From NCBI RefSeq assembly GCF_018977255.1, contig NW_024704743.1, positions 32,056,001-32,120,000 on the forward strand: DNA of 64,000 nt. Direction: 5' to 3'. The DNA is from Callorhinchus milii. Lineage: Eukaryota. This document shows, in pieces, positions 38,173 through 52,033 of this stretch; positions within the stretch are counted from its first letter, which is position 1, and every line of letters starts with the position of its first letter. Both the position numbers and the translations under genes were made by a program. Under the pieces are notes generated by a model that did no database searches, had not been told where the DNA came from, and saw only the letters and a program-made list of their open reading frames with translations.

Positions 38173-39456
38173 TATTTTTGTATTTGTATCTGTACACTTG
38201 ACAGTAATTACTTATGAACTGCTTTGAGACATTTTGTTATGTTAAGGAGCTACAAAAGTGAAAGTACTTTTTTCTGCCTTTGCCACGGAATTTGCCAGTG
38301 AAAGGTTTTTGCAGTAAGCGATCAACATAAGATAGAACCCACTGAATGTCCTGCCATGCACAGCTCCAAATGTACCTCCTACATCACCACTCATTAAGGA
38401 CTGAGATTCTTGCCTCATGTCTGAGTCCACTGCACCCTGGAAAGATCAGAAATAACGAGGGAGACAGTGGAGTGCCAATGCTATCCCTGCATACTGCAAT
38501 GGGTTAACCAGAATGACACCCTCAATAGCACCACTGCCACTTTGAGGGCTTGAGACTGAGTAGATCTGATCTGTACATGAAAAACCCAACGTCCAGGCAG
38601 AAAGCTTCTCTACCGAATGGCATGCACATCCTATTAGTCTAGGAGCAAACAAACAGGTTTTGTGGTCCATGTGCGGGTCCTGTCCACTCAGGATTGAGAC
38701 CTTGTAATAGTCTTGTTGAGTTTGTCTCCCTGAATGATCCATTCAGCCAGTCAAACCTGCTCCACCAATTTATTAGATCAAAATAGATATTTTATTGCAT
38801 TATCAGAGGTGCCTTCCTTTGGATGAGACGTTAAACTGAGGTCCCATCTGCCTTACCAGATGGACGGTAAAGATCCCATGGCACTATTCAAAAAGTAAAG
38901 GGAGTTTTCCCCTGTGTACTGGCCAACAATCCCCCAAAGAAAATTGGTCACTCATTCTGTGACTGTTTGTGGGTCATTGCTGTGCGCAATTGCCTGCGCA
39001 TTTCGGACACAGTCAATCCATTTTGCAGAATATCTTGTGAAGCGCTTTGAGACACCTCAACATGTCATAAGGTGCTAAATCAAGTGCAAAGATTATTATT
39101 CTTAGACAAAACGCAAGGTTTATTATTATTATGGAGTACACAGTGTGAGCGTGAAAACTCTGCCAAAACCCAATTAAGTTATTTTGGGTAACTACTTATT
39201 TATATTTTGAACCTTAATCTAAATTAGCTCCACTCTGGAAGCGTACTGTCTGGAGAGCCTTTGCATTACAAAGGAATGATTTTCTGTTCGTTGCAGGTGC
39301 ACATGGCGACTTTAGTGCACCAGACCAGAAACAAACTAGAGCTAAAAACTGCTGATCACAGTTACAGCACCAAAAGAACAAATTTTGTTATTTTCTTCCT
39401 TCTTTTTACAGATACCTAATCTCCAGTCATAATCCGGCTCCTTTAAGTCAGAAAGG

Positions 39457-39830
39457 TGGAGTCCTGTAGTTTAGTCTTTAGAATACTTGCCTCGCGAGCA
39501 AGAAGACCTGGGTTCGATTGCTGGGCAGGGTAAAACGTTGGGCAAGTTTTCTTACTCCACACGCCTCTGTTTACCTAACAGTAAGTAGGAACCCGGTTGT
39601 TAGTTGGTTGGTGGATTGCTTTTCACGGGGTAAGAATCCCTTCGAAAAAATATATAAAAAAATAATAATTTGATCACTCAAGCCTGTTTGTAGGACACTG
39701 CTGTGCACAATTGGCTTCCACGTTTCGCCCACAAATATATGGTCAATTCACTTTACAGTTTATTCTGTGAAGCGCTTTGAGACGTTTCGAAGATATGATA
39801 AGGCATAATAAGGCCAATGCAAGATATTCT
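39457..39830 (+). mobile_element. tRNA(Ala)-headed SINE, long subfamily
   Basis: Full length, including ctgtttacctaacagtaagtaggaacccgg. Confidence 0.9.
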
Positions 39831-40517
39831 ATTATTTATTATAATCCAAGCTGCAAACATCTGCAAGACCACCGCTTGCATAACTTCAGATAAGACCACA
39901 GAAGGATCACCTTTCTGGCAGGATTGGTGCACCCGAGACAGTTTCCTTCTCCTTCAGCCAGCGACCAAGTTAAAAACTTCAAAACCTCGAACTAAATGTT
40001 CTTTCTTAACAGATTTCTTAAGACAAAACAAGTAATTATTGAATTTTCAAAACATTGAATATGCTGAAGAATGTGTTGTTCAGTACAACCAATCTTTTAG
40101 AAATGTGATATTTATATGTTTCTTGTTAAGAAATCCATTAAGGAATACTGCAAATTTGACCCCAGTGAAACAGTCTAAAATGGGATTCCAAATCAGGTCC
40201 CTGCAGAATTCTCTACAGGTCCCTAAAATTTTCCAGTATAATGGCACAGGACTTAAAATAGTAATTTGAAATATTCACTGCAGTCTTATCCTATGATATG
40301 AACAATCCAAGCAGCCCCCACCAAACACAAACATACACACTAAACACATTGTAGTTGTTATTTGGGGTACTTGACTCGATGGTTGAGAGGTAATAATAAT
40401 AATTCTTACATTTGTGGTTGCGCCTTTCACATCAGAGGTTGTCCCAAAGCTTTCATAGGATATATTATAGAGTGCATTGACTGTGTTTCGTGAGCAAATG
40501 GGGCAGTCAATGTGTAC

Positions 40518-40655
40518 ACAACAACAACTTGGATTTATATCGCGCCCTCCACGCCGGACGGCGTTCAGAGCGCTTTACAGTAACGGATCCCGGGACCGAG
40601 CCAGGGGGAAGGGGAGGAAGGTGACCAAAGTCGCGGTCGAAAAGAAAGGTCTTCA
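40518..40655 (-). mobile_element. 3' end of a second L2-type family inserted in a DeuSINE
   Basis: KTFLFDR-like coding end, a variant stem-loop (ACGCC-GTCC-GGCGT) and (GTT)n tail; splits SINE sequence 40390-40850. Confidence 0.7.
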
Positions 40656-43074
40656 GCAGAGAATGTCCCTCAAATAGCCATGAAGTGAATGATCAGTTTT
40701 ATCTGGGGATTGTTGGTTAGGACAATGGGAGAATCACCCTTCTCTTTTTGAATAATGCCATGGGATTTTTAACGTTCACCTGAACAGGCAGACCTTGCAT
40801 CCAAAGAACTGCATCTCCAACAATTCAGCACTGGGTGGAGTGTCAGTTTAGTCTTGAACTATATGCATTCAACCTCATAGACTGTCACTTGCCCAACTCC
40901 ACACAATTTACCTGTCTAAATTGATAACAGTGAGTCAGAAACCTTGTGCAACCAACTGAGATAGGTAAATAAGGTGGGGCAGTCTTTGAGCAAACTCAAT
41001 GTATGGCTGGCATGGTAATTTATTCACAGTTTTGATCCATAAATGGAAGCCAGGATTATATCTGAGGGATTTCATAAAATTATTATAACTTGAATCCACA
41101 GTAGTCCATTTTCCATTAAAAAAATGGCAGTGTGTCAATGCAAGCATTTTGGATATGGTCCCAGTGTTACTGTACAAAGATTGCTGTTTAATTGTTCTTA
41201 CTCAGTCAAGTGAACACATTGATCGCAGAGAGAAAATAAAGTTTGTGTCAGATGATGTATGGACATTAATGTAAAAACATAAACCGAAAAGGGAGTAGCC
41301 TGGTAACCACAATATAATGCTGCTCTTCCACATTTCGTTTCAGCTTCATACGCTTGTCTTGGCTGAGTGATACCAGTTGACAGGTTGGAGAACTCCCTGG
41401 ATGAACTGTAAGGTGGAATAATCATGGTGTCCTATCTCCGGGCCAGGGATGATTAGCAGAGTGCCAGCCTCTCCTGCAAGTACAGCCTCTCTTGGTAGAC
41501 ACAATATACAAAGGCAAAGCTGAAAATTTCTCTACAAAGAAAATGGAGGGAAAGAGGGAGGGAATGTGGTGTATGATCACAAGGACAGAAAATACTGTAG
41601 ATTTTGTGTCCTAAAAAAAATCCTCAAACTATAGGTTTTTGCGACTGAACACTTTCCCTCCTTCACTCCTTGTCCCCAATGCAAATGCACTCAATTTCTG
41701 GAAAATGGTTTCTCCCTACAGATCATTGAATCACAATCAAGTATGATTTTAATATTGTGAGGGAATAATTTTTTCCTAGTCTCTAGGTCCAATTAGTAAC
41801 TACAAACTTTTAAATATATTTTCAAGAACTCTGTGAAACCTGTGTGCAAAATCTACAATCTCCCAAGCGTGTTTCGAGATTTATCCAGTTGTGCTCAAAT
41901 TGCATAGGTAGGAAGAGTTTAGATTTGAAGTTCAGGACAAGAATCTTAAAGTCTGTCTGATGAGGTGCATCCAGTTGAAATAGCAAGGATGAAAAATTGT
42001 ATGTATAGAGCCAGGAGTGGGAGACAACTCAGGCTTCCGAGTTTTGGATGAGTTGTAGCTTGTGCAGCAAGAGTCTCTGGCAAGGAGAGCAATGGAAACA
42101 TTTGTACTCAAGGTCACAGAGAATAAACATTTACAGAAAATAAGAAACTTAGCAAGATGTTTAACGCTACAATGCAATACCGAGGAAAAATATACTTGCA
42201 ATTATTTTTTTGCAGACATTATTGAGCAAAATATCCGACAGGCTGAAGAATTCTAAAAGGCATTCAATATTCGAAGAATTCAAAGTTAGTTATTCAGCAG
42301 GAAGATTTAGGCTGTAGAATTCATGGCTAACATGGCTTTGTGATCCTCAAACAGTATCATGAATGAAGAGAAAGAATGAACAGAGAAGAATCAATAGCTT
42401 AAGCACTCTGAGACACCGTCCATCGTGAAGGGCGCTATATAAATGCAAGTTGTTGTTATTGTTAATGGAATATACAAAGTAAACCCAGGCCAATACTTTC
42501 AGATATGCTGGAACAGTAGGACAAGGGGGCACATATTCACATATTGAAGTGAAAGTTTGGGACAGACACCAGCAAGTTTTTTCAGACACAAAGTAAACAA
42601 CAGCTGGAACAAGTTTCTAGGAAGGAGAGTGGTGGCCAGGACATTAAATTATTTTAAGAAACAGCGCTATACAAATGTAATCTTGTTGTTGTTGTTAATC
42701 CAACGTCAGGCTCCACCATTGTTAAGTGCTCAGTGATGCTAACCCGCATGAAGGGAGATTGTTGTTGTTGATTTCTGTATGTAGCCTGATCCAAAACCCG
42801 GAGGTACAAAGAGTCCTTTGACGTCAACTTGCTATGCAAGATTTTTATTTGCAGCTGGTTACAACTATACCCAAAGGATACTGTATACTTGCAATTGTGA
42901 TGAAAGAGATTCTGTCTTCAGTGAAAAGGGTTTGGCAAATCATTGTTTTGCTTGTTGCCAAACAAGTTCAACGTGACAATGCAAACTCACATCAGTTCCT
43001 GTTATGAGCACGTCACCACAGTGAACATGACCCACTACTTGTCATGGTGATCGCCTTTCCAAGATTAACAAAAC

Positions 43075-43381
43075 GTGGAGTCCTGTAGCTCAGTGGTTAG
43101 AGCACTCGCTTTGCAAGCGAGAGACCTGAGTTCAATTCCAGGCAGGGCGAAACCAGGCAAGTTTCCTTACTCCACACGCCTAATAATAATCCCTCCAAAA
43201 CCAAAACCAATAATAAATTGGTCTACGACTGTTTGTGGGACATTGCTGTGCGCAATTGGCTGCCGCGTTCGCCCACAAATATATAGTCAATTCACTTTAC
43301 AGTGTGTTCTGTGAAGCGTTTTGGGACATCCTCCCGACGTGAAAAGCGCTATATCAAATGCAAGGATTATTATTATTATTA
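43075..43381 (+). mobile_element. tRNA(Ala)-headed SINE, short subfamily, L2-type tail loop
   Basis: Full length; tail gggacatcctcccgacgtgaaaagcgct. Confidence 0.93.
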
Positions 43382-43810
43382 AAACGCCCATTTAATCTTT
43401 CCTGACATATATGTGCAACTGAAGTAAATGTGAAATAGGAGTGCTGTGTAGCAAAAGCACAAGACCAGTACACAGAAACATAGAAAATGTATAAGTAATG
43501 TAGATGGGCGGTGAAAAAAATAGAGATTTGGGACATTTTTTCTGACAAGTAAATGACAGGCAGATATCCACAATTTAGAGCTGGTATATTCAAAGCTTTT
43601 AGCTTGCAGTGAGTGCTAACATGGAACTTGGCTCATAACAGGTAAGCACAGAGCAGGGAAAAGAGGAAGTGCTTGGATGTCAACCAAAGCCAAGGTCAAA
43701 GAAAATACAACAGCAACTTGCATTTATATAACACTCTTCATGTAGTACAGTGTCTCAAAGCACTTCACAGTGGTGGGTATGCCAAGCAAAAGAAAATAAT
43801 TATAAAGCCT

Positions 43811-44118
43811 ATAATAATAATAGTAATCTTTGAATTTGATATTGCGCTTTTCACGTCTTCTAGACATCTCAAAGCGCTTCACAGAATATGCTGTAAAGTG
43901 AATTGACCGTATATTTGTGGGCGAAACGCGGCAGCCAATTGCGCACAGCAGTGTCCCACAAACAGTTGTCGATTGAAAATGACCAATTTATTATTTTTTT
44001 TGTGTTGGAGGGATTATTATCAGGCGTGTGGAGTAAGGAAACTTGCCCAAGGTTTCGCCCTGCCGGGAATCGAACCCAGGTCTCTCACTTGCAAGGCTAG
44101 TGCTCTAACCACTGAAGC
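43811..44118 (-). mobile_element. tRNA(Ala)-headed SINE, short subfamily
   Basis: Near full length, intact B box; inverted relative to the 43075 copy. Confidence 0.93.
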
Positions 44119-44224
44119 TTGTAGGTAGAAAGGAGGGGGCGTGAGCATTATGTTAAATACAAGACTGTACAGAAAGAAGTTGAAAAAAGTTTATGGAAGC
44201 TAAGGGAGAACTGTAAAGAGATAT

Positions 44225-44610
44225 AGCAGTATATGCAAAATATAATCAGTGTTAGATAAATACATTTGTAGATGACACTAAATTGGGGGAATTGGGGAAT
44301 CAGAGGAGGCAGCAAAGCTCCTACAAAGTGAGCTTGATAGGGTATGCTCATGGGCTGATAACTGGCAAGTGAAGTTTAATATTGATAAATGCACAGTAGT
44401 ACATATAGGAACCAAGAATAAGGAACACAAGTTTCTTGAATGGGATTAAAATTGTCATGGGAAGAGGATACCAGAAAAGGTTGTAGAGGCCATAATTCAT
44501 TTAAAAAGCAGCTTGATACAGGGATGGAGGATGGTTGGATAGGTGGGAGGGATGAGATCGGAAGGGGCCAAAAGGCCTTCTTCATACAGAACAATATGGG
44601 ATCTTGCAAT
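44225..44610 (+). mobile_element. Decayed CR1 fragment
   Basis: FVDDTKLG and WADNWQVKFNIDKC remnants, followed by a 3'UTR-like segment. Confidence 0.7.
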
Positions 44611-47600
44611 CAACGGAGTAGGGGGAGGGGAGGGGACTATAGATGTTAGAGAAGAGGTAGGTTTTAAGGTTGGTTTTAAAGTAATATATTGTGTTATATA
44701 TATTATAAGAGAAAGTAAGGTAAATACATTTTGGAATAGAATATCAAAAAGCTAAGGAATGATTCACTTGATAGAAAACATGTCCGAAAATCTCAACAGT
44801 CCAGCATTCAACTGGGCTCAATTCGCAGCATTCTGAGAAAAATGTCTGAAATCAGCCTCTGGATCAGAAGGTTATGGTGTGGAGACCAACACCAGAAATG
44901 TGAGCTCATAATGTAACCTGAGTCTCCAGTACAGTTATAGTATATAGTTATAGTTATAGTAGTGTTAATATAGGAGTGTTGCATTGTTGAAGATACTATC
45001 TTTCAGATGAGACATTAAGTTGTAGTAATCTGAAGAGATCTCTTGGTATGCCTGCCATTAATGCTCTCTCTTTGAAATTCACAAAAGTTTGATTCAGTTT
45101 AATCATTCATCTCACTGTCTGCACAAATTGGCTGATACCATTTATTTACATAGCAACAATTATTGTTTAGCAAAGTACTAGCCCTACGAAATGACATAAT
45201 AATGGGTTATCTCAAATGGAAATATTGCACCATATCACAATCATCTGTCAACTGAAAGTATGAGATCAGAAAAATTCTCCAGCAGCTGTCGTGTTGTGAT
45301 ATCCACTTGGAATCATTGATTATGGGTAAACTTTCATATTAGGAAAATATTGGACTATGTGGAATGGGGGAGGTGAGGGGAGGGTGAGCTCAAGACTGCT
45401 TCAGAATGTTATTCTGTCCTTCGGATGAGACATTAAACCAAGGTCCCATCTGCCTGTTCGGATGGATGTTAAAAGATCTCATGGCTCTATTGGTGTCCTG
45501 GCCAACAATCCCTCAAATAAAATTGGTTACTCACGCCTTGGCTGTTTGTAGGACATTGCTGTATGCAAATTGGCTTCCGCGTTTCGCTCACAAAATTACA
45601 GTTGATCTACTTTCCAGTATATCCTGTGAAGCGCTTTAAGATGACTTGATAATATGATAAAACTCTATATCAAATGCAAGGATTATTATTATTAAGCTCT
45701 CTGAGTGTTCGCCTATTCTGATGCTAGCTCCTCGACTGGAACTATATACTCTAATCCCAATGCCCTGGTTGTAGCTTCAACAGCCACTTGTGACAAAGCA
45801 TTCCATGTTCTGATGAATGTCTTCATGAAAAAAATGTACATAACCTACAGAAAACACTAATGCTGTCAATTTAGCCCCTTTGGTCAAATCCTTCCAGAAT
45901 GTCCACCCTACGTCCTTCCATCACAGTATCAAACTGTTAAATGTAGCAATTGCGAAAAATAGTCATCTTTTCTTTAGGTCTTTATAATAATCCTTGCATT
46001 TAACATCACGCCATATCATTTCGGTGAAACATCTCAAAGCGCTTCACATGATTTCCTGTAAAGTGTAATGATTGTGTATTTGTAGGCTAATGCGACAGCC
46101 AATTTGCACATACAAATGTCTCACTAACCGCCATAAGATAAATGACCAGTTTCTAACTGGGGGATTGTCAGCCAGATGAAAAATGTCTTGTTATTGAATA
46201 GTGGCATGGAATCTTTAATGTTTACCTGAACAGGCAGCCAGGAGTTCACATTACACACAAGGAATGAAAAAAGCATTTCTTTTAGAATGACGACAGGAAA
46301 TGTGCCTCCTCACTACTACCAGGCATCAGATCCACATGAGGTATTGAGCCAGATTTAAATATGCACCACAGCAGTCACGGAATTGCACACAACAAAATGT
46401 TAACAGCACTGGGAGATGTAATCTTACAATTTCTTACATTGAGGCATGAAGGTGTATCTGTAGTTTGTATCTGATACTACAGGGAAGCTTTTGATGTGAA
46501 TGTTACAACAAGTGTTGTTTTGTATTGGTGTGTCATTCGCCCTAGTCGTCTGTCAATTTTTTTCACCTTGGCAAATTATTTTTCTTTGAGTACACAGGAG
46601 TGCTCTTAAAGGGACAAAGCCGTTGAAAACTTTTGAAGGCTTGTCCTTCTCTGGAGGAGCAGATGTCGGGATGCTATTTGTGCCATTGAGGGTGAAGAAT
46701 ATTATTATTTTATATTATTCAAAACAGATTCCATGTTTTAATTATTATGCAATTCACCCTATTGATTCTGTGAATAAGTAACAGCGATAAAAAATTGTCA
46801 TCAAAGGAAATAGGCTAGACAGAGTCCTAGCTTGTAAACTAGCCCAGACAAATGGTTTAAAAGTTTCCTCACTCTCTTTCCACGTGACATAGGATTAGAC
46901 ATCACTCATAACTCAAAAAACATCCTTAATTGTGGCTAACTTGGCAAATTCACTGAAAGGCCACATGATGTTTGTTTGGTGTTGGAAGCAAAATATATCA
47001 CCCTGATCCATACGGGAATGGGGATGGGTGAGGGTGGGAATAGAGGGGAATGAGGAGATGGGGACGGAAACGGCAGAGGGGAACAAAGAACAGAGCTGTT
47101 CTGAATATGGTGTAGTTTGCTGATATTGTCAGGCTAGAGCAAATGGTGCTTTACTCTGAATTTAGCAATGCTCTGTATGCGACTTGAGAGTGCCTTTTAA
47201 TGACTCTAGCTGCCAGAAATGGGAAAGTGTTCCATTTCCCATAATAACATGCTTCACTTTTGAGGATGTCGAGGTTTACTGAAAAATTTACTTAAAAAGG
47301 CATTGGCATGTTGTTAATGAGTGGTGTCAGTTTTAAATACAACTCTTGTCTCTTTCTAAAATATTAACAATTCCCACTTTTATAAGTAAGCAAATATGGT
47401 GAAACAAATCCATATCCAGAATAGATTGTAGGCAGTGGTGGCAACAGATTGTGTCAACAAATTCAAGAGCAAATTATTTGGCCACCAGTTCAAGAGATAT
47501 AATAGTGAAAATAAAATAATAATACTTACATTTGATTTGTGTCTTTCACGTCAGGAAAGGTGCTTCGCAAGATATATTGTAAGGCATAATGACTGTGTAT

Positions 47601-48859
47601 TTTGTGGGCAAACATGCAACTAATTTGTGCACAGCCATATCCCACAAACAGCCATGAAGTGAATGACCATTTTTTTTAATTTGTGGGGAAAAACAACAAT
47701 AAATTGCATTTACATAGCGCCTTTCAGATCAGGAGGACATGCCAAGGCACTGATGAAAAAAATTATACATAATACTGAAAGTTACTGCTAAATACTCTTG
47801 ACCTCCTCCCCACCACCCCCATGTGAGCTAATTAAGATCATTTGGCAGCATTCAGCAGTCATTACACTGTGTTATTCTCTATAAGACACGGAGAACATAG
47901 GCCTGGGAGATATAATTAGGACATGAGCTGCAAAGTTCTGAATGTGTGATCTGAAGATGAGCAAAGAAGGAATAAGGTGCAGGGATCGAGGCAAAGTTCC
48001 AGAGGTTTTAGGTGTAGTGGCTGAAAAACTGGCTGCCTATGGTGGAGTGAAGGGGACAAGGGATGTGGGTCTACTAATTTCCCATAATGAACCAATGTCC
48101 CTTGTTGCAGTTAGTTTATACTGAAATAATCCACCTGCAGAGGAATGGTCTGGATTTAAGGTGTAGGGAGTCAGACTTGTACAAAGCAAGTATTATGTTG
48201 AAGCTCCACCTGAACATTTGCTTTATGCAAGCTTGAAAACTGCTTTGTATATAAGAGGAGCGGTTATACAGGGTGGTTTGAATCAAGAAATTACTTCATC
48301 TCTGGTCCTGGTGACTCAGTATGTACGTTGCACACTACCATGTGATAAGTGACTCATTGGAATGAAATTTCTCCTGTTGGTGAATGTCGGTTAACTTTAA
48401 AGGCTAATTCAGCGACATATGCAGTCAGTCAAACTGGGCTATTTGAACAATGTAGTTTGCTACCAACTTTATTAACTGTGAAGTATTTGTGTATTTGTCT
48501 CATGTTTCAGGATATCTGACAGTTTGGTGAAAATACCTCACCCGGATTTCTAAACAAAATCAAAAGTCTGGAGGTTATAATCATACTAGGCAGTCACCAA
48601 ACCTCATCACTGTGCTCTCAATAATAGTTTAAACTAATGATAGGATTTGAAAGCTAGAATGGTTATGACCCTTCCCTCTGGTAGAGAGATCCAAAATGAG
48701 GGACACAGGAGTCCTAAAATTTCAACTAGGTTAAAAATAAAATGAAGAAAATATTTCTTGACACAAATGTTTATGAGAATGTGGCCCTTGAAGGCCACAG
48801 ACCCAAATTTGCTAGGAATCTTTTAAAAATTAGGTATGTGGGAAGTAAAAATAATGATC

Positions 48860-49213
48860 GTTCTTGCATTTGATGTAGCCCCTCATCAATGTTGGTGAGA
48901 AGTTTCAAAGTGCTTCACAAAATATACTGTGAAGTGAATTGACTGTATATTTTGTGGGCGAAATGCAGCAACCAATTGCGCACAGCAGTGTTCCACAAAC
49001 AGTTGTGGATTGAGTGACCAAATTATTTTTTGAAGGAAATATTATCCCCCAGAAAAGTGATCCCCAATCGACTAACAACTGGTTTCCTGCTTACTGCTAT
49101 CTAAACAAAGGCATGTGGAGTAAGGAAACTTGCCTAAGGTTTCACCCTGCCCGGGAATCAAAACTGGATCTTCTCGCTTGCAAGACAAGACAACCAATAC
49201 GCTGCAGGACTCC
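48860..49213 (-). mobile_element. tRNA(Ala)-headed SINE, long subfamily
   Basis: Family motifs throughout. Confidence 0.88.
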
Positions 49214-51690
49214 GTAAGAATAAAAGGAGAAAAGGTGGTGAGAGTCCTTAAAAGATCTGATGTCATGTAATAAATGTTGAAACAAGTTCAATAAGTCATA
49301 TTGGCTCTCTCTCCTGATTCAGCGTTCCTGTGCCCATCCCAGAGCAATCATCCAGCTTCAACATGCTGTTAGTGTGGTCAAGCAACTCCTTAACATGACT
49401 TCACTAAACACATTCAAAGAGTAATTAAATCCATGACCAAATACTATAAGGTAAAACTGTATGGAGAGCCACAAAACATAAGTTAAAAAAATGTTCTTAC
49501 AAAATCTTCATAAGATTTTACTGTGGAGTGTACTGATTGTATTGTGAAACATACTGGCAAACACAGCAGTGAGTGAAGTGAGTAACCATGAAATGAGTAA
49601 CCACTTTTTTATTTGGGGGATTGTTGGTCAGGACACCGGGAAAAAATCCCTTCTCTTTTTAAATATTTGCCATGGCATCTTTAACCTCCATCTGAAATGG
49701 CAGATAAGATCTTGGTTTAATGTCTCATCTGAAGAACAGCACTTTCAACAATGTGTGGCATTCTAGTGTGAATCTAGATTGTGAGTTCAAATTGATCCTG
49801 TTCTCACTTGCTAGACATAGCGAGCATTGAGGCCGTAACAGCATAATAACAATACAGTACTCCTTGCATTTGATATGGTGCCTTATCACGCCATAAAAAC
49901 ATTTCAAAGCACTTCACAGGATTTGCTCTGAAATGTAGTGACTGTTTAATTTGTAGGCACACTCAGCAGTCAATATTAACACACCAGCCAATGTTCACAC
50001 ACCCAATGTCCCAACAACAGCTATAAGGTGAAGGGCCAATTTTATCTAGAGAATTCTAGACAATTTTAGAGAACAGCTATCTAGAGAGCTGAGATAAGGT
50101 AACACAGGAGATCTGGATTCTGAACCTTCAACCTCTGACGTCTTAATACTGCACCAGGTGGTGCCTTAACCCACTGGGTAAGCACATTGACTTATTGTTT
50201 AAGATCTATGCATAAGTAAATAACAGGTATGAGTTGGTAACACTCTGTCCTTTGGATTGAAACATCATGTTCAGGTTAGTGCAAATGTAATTGCATGGAG
50301 ATAGAATACGGGTGGCAAATCATAATATTCCACATCACAAGAATCCAACTAATCCTTGACAGTGTTTATACTCCATATGAGCTTTCACTCATTCCTAATT
50401 CCCCTCTCTAGCATTCTCCATAATCCTCTATTCCCTTGTCTCTCATGTATGTGATAAAATGGGTAGACACAAACTAACTGTAAACAATGTTTGCTGAAAA
50501 AAGTAAAATTACAAAAATTGTAGTGACAGTCAAAATTCATATCAGCCGACAAACGAACAACAAGTTAGTACTGTATTTTATTTATTGGTTGGTGTTTGTT
50601 GGTTCACGCGAATTCTGACTGTGCCATTGCATTTGCAAGTTTACTTTATTTTACCTTGCCAACATTGTATCCAAATTAAGTTTTATTGTATAATATCCTC
50701 CTTGGGGGATGGTAAACATCGTCTCCTTGGAGCTGAACTGGCTCCAAGGTGACATGCTTGTCAACAGAACGTCAGAATGAATTCAGAATGTCTCAGTAGT
50801 TGCGTTTCTGAGCACAACTTGTTGTCAACTGCCCTGAAGACGCAACATAGTATTTGATTAGCTTTGTTGGTTCACATTGTCTGGACATCTTCAGTGAATG
50901 ATCAATGATCACATTCAAATCCTCTTTCTTCATATCTGCTGTAGTCTAGGCCCACCTATCTTCAATTGAGGTTGAAGGGCAAGACCTAACTTAGAGTTGA
51001 GTTTCTGGATTGCCCTAATACTCATACTTGCTGAGAGACTTACAAGCTTCCAAGAAAACGGTTTTAATTGTGCCCATCACTGGAACAGATTGAACTATAT
51101 CTTGCAGCAAACTTCAGGGCAGAGCCCGTTCACATCTCCCTACTTTGCAGGTTGTGAGTTGTGAGTGCTCTCTGCTGGCTGATGGCTACATTTTCATTAT
51201 GTGGGAACCAGAAGTACTATGGGCCCTATCAAATACTTATGATATTACAAGTAAAATAAATCATTCAATAAAGGGCAAATTTTAAGAAATATATGTTCCA
51301 ATTCCCATTATAGCAAACATCTTCATTATCTATCAATTGAAGAACACGGATTGCAGTTTTTCTTTCGTAACATCAAACACCAAGAGTTAGCAAATGATCA
51401 AACAGGACAACTTACTATAGCAGAAATATAATAGAGTATTCCCTTTCCTCTCCCCTCTGATTCCAAACCCAGATTTAGGTTCCATTCTTGTAGCAGGCCA
51501 TCAACTCTTATTTGTTCCTCAGCTGCAAAATTATACAATTTGGTGCATAATAACCTTCAGAAATTCTCTGTGTGTTAGAGGAAAGGGAAAATAGATTTTG
51601 TAAAATGCTGCTTTACTGATCTAATGACATTAATGAGTGTGCATGTGCATATGTATATACATGACCACTATTACTGTGCTGTGACCAGCA

Positions 51691-52033
51691 GAGTCCTGTA
51701 ATTTAGTGGTTAGAGCACTCGCCTCGCATGTGAGAAGAACTGGGTTTGATTCCCGGGCAGGGCAAAACGTCGGGCAAGTTTCCTTACTCCACACGCCTTT
51801 GTTCATCTAGCAGTAAGTAGGAACCTGTTGTTAGTCATTCCGGGGGTATTAATCCCTTCCAAAGAAAAATAATAATAATTTGGTCACTCAAACCATGACT
51901 GTTTGTGGGACACTGCTGTGCCCAATTGGCTGCTGCGTTTTGCCCACAAAATATACAGAGAATTCACTTTGCAGTATATTACGTCTCAAAGATGTAATAA
52001 GGTGCTAGATCAAATGCAAGAATTATTATTATT
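51691..52033 (+). mobile_element. tRNA(Ala)-headed SINE, long subfamily
   Basis: Family motifs throughout, (ATT)n tail. Confidence 0.9.
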
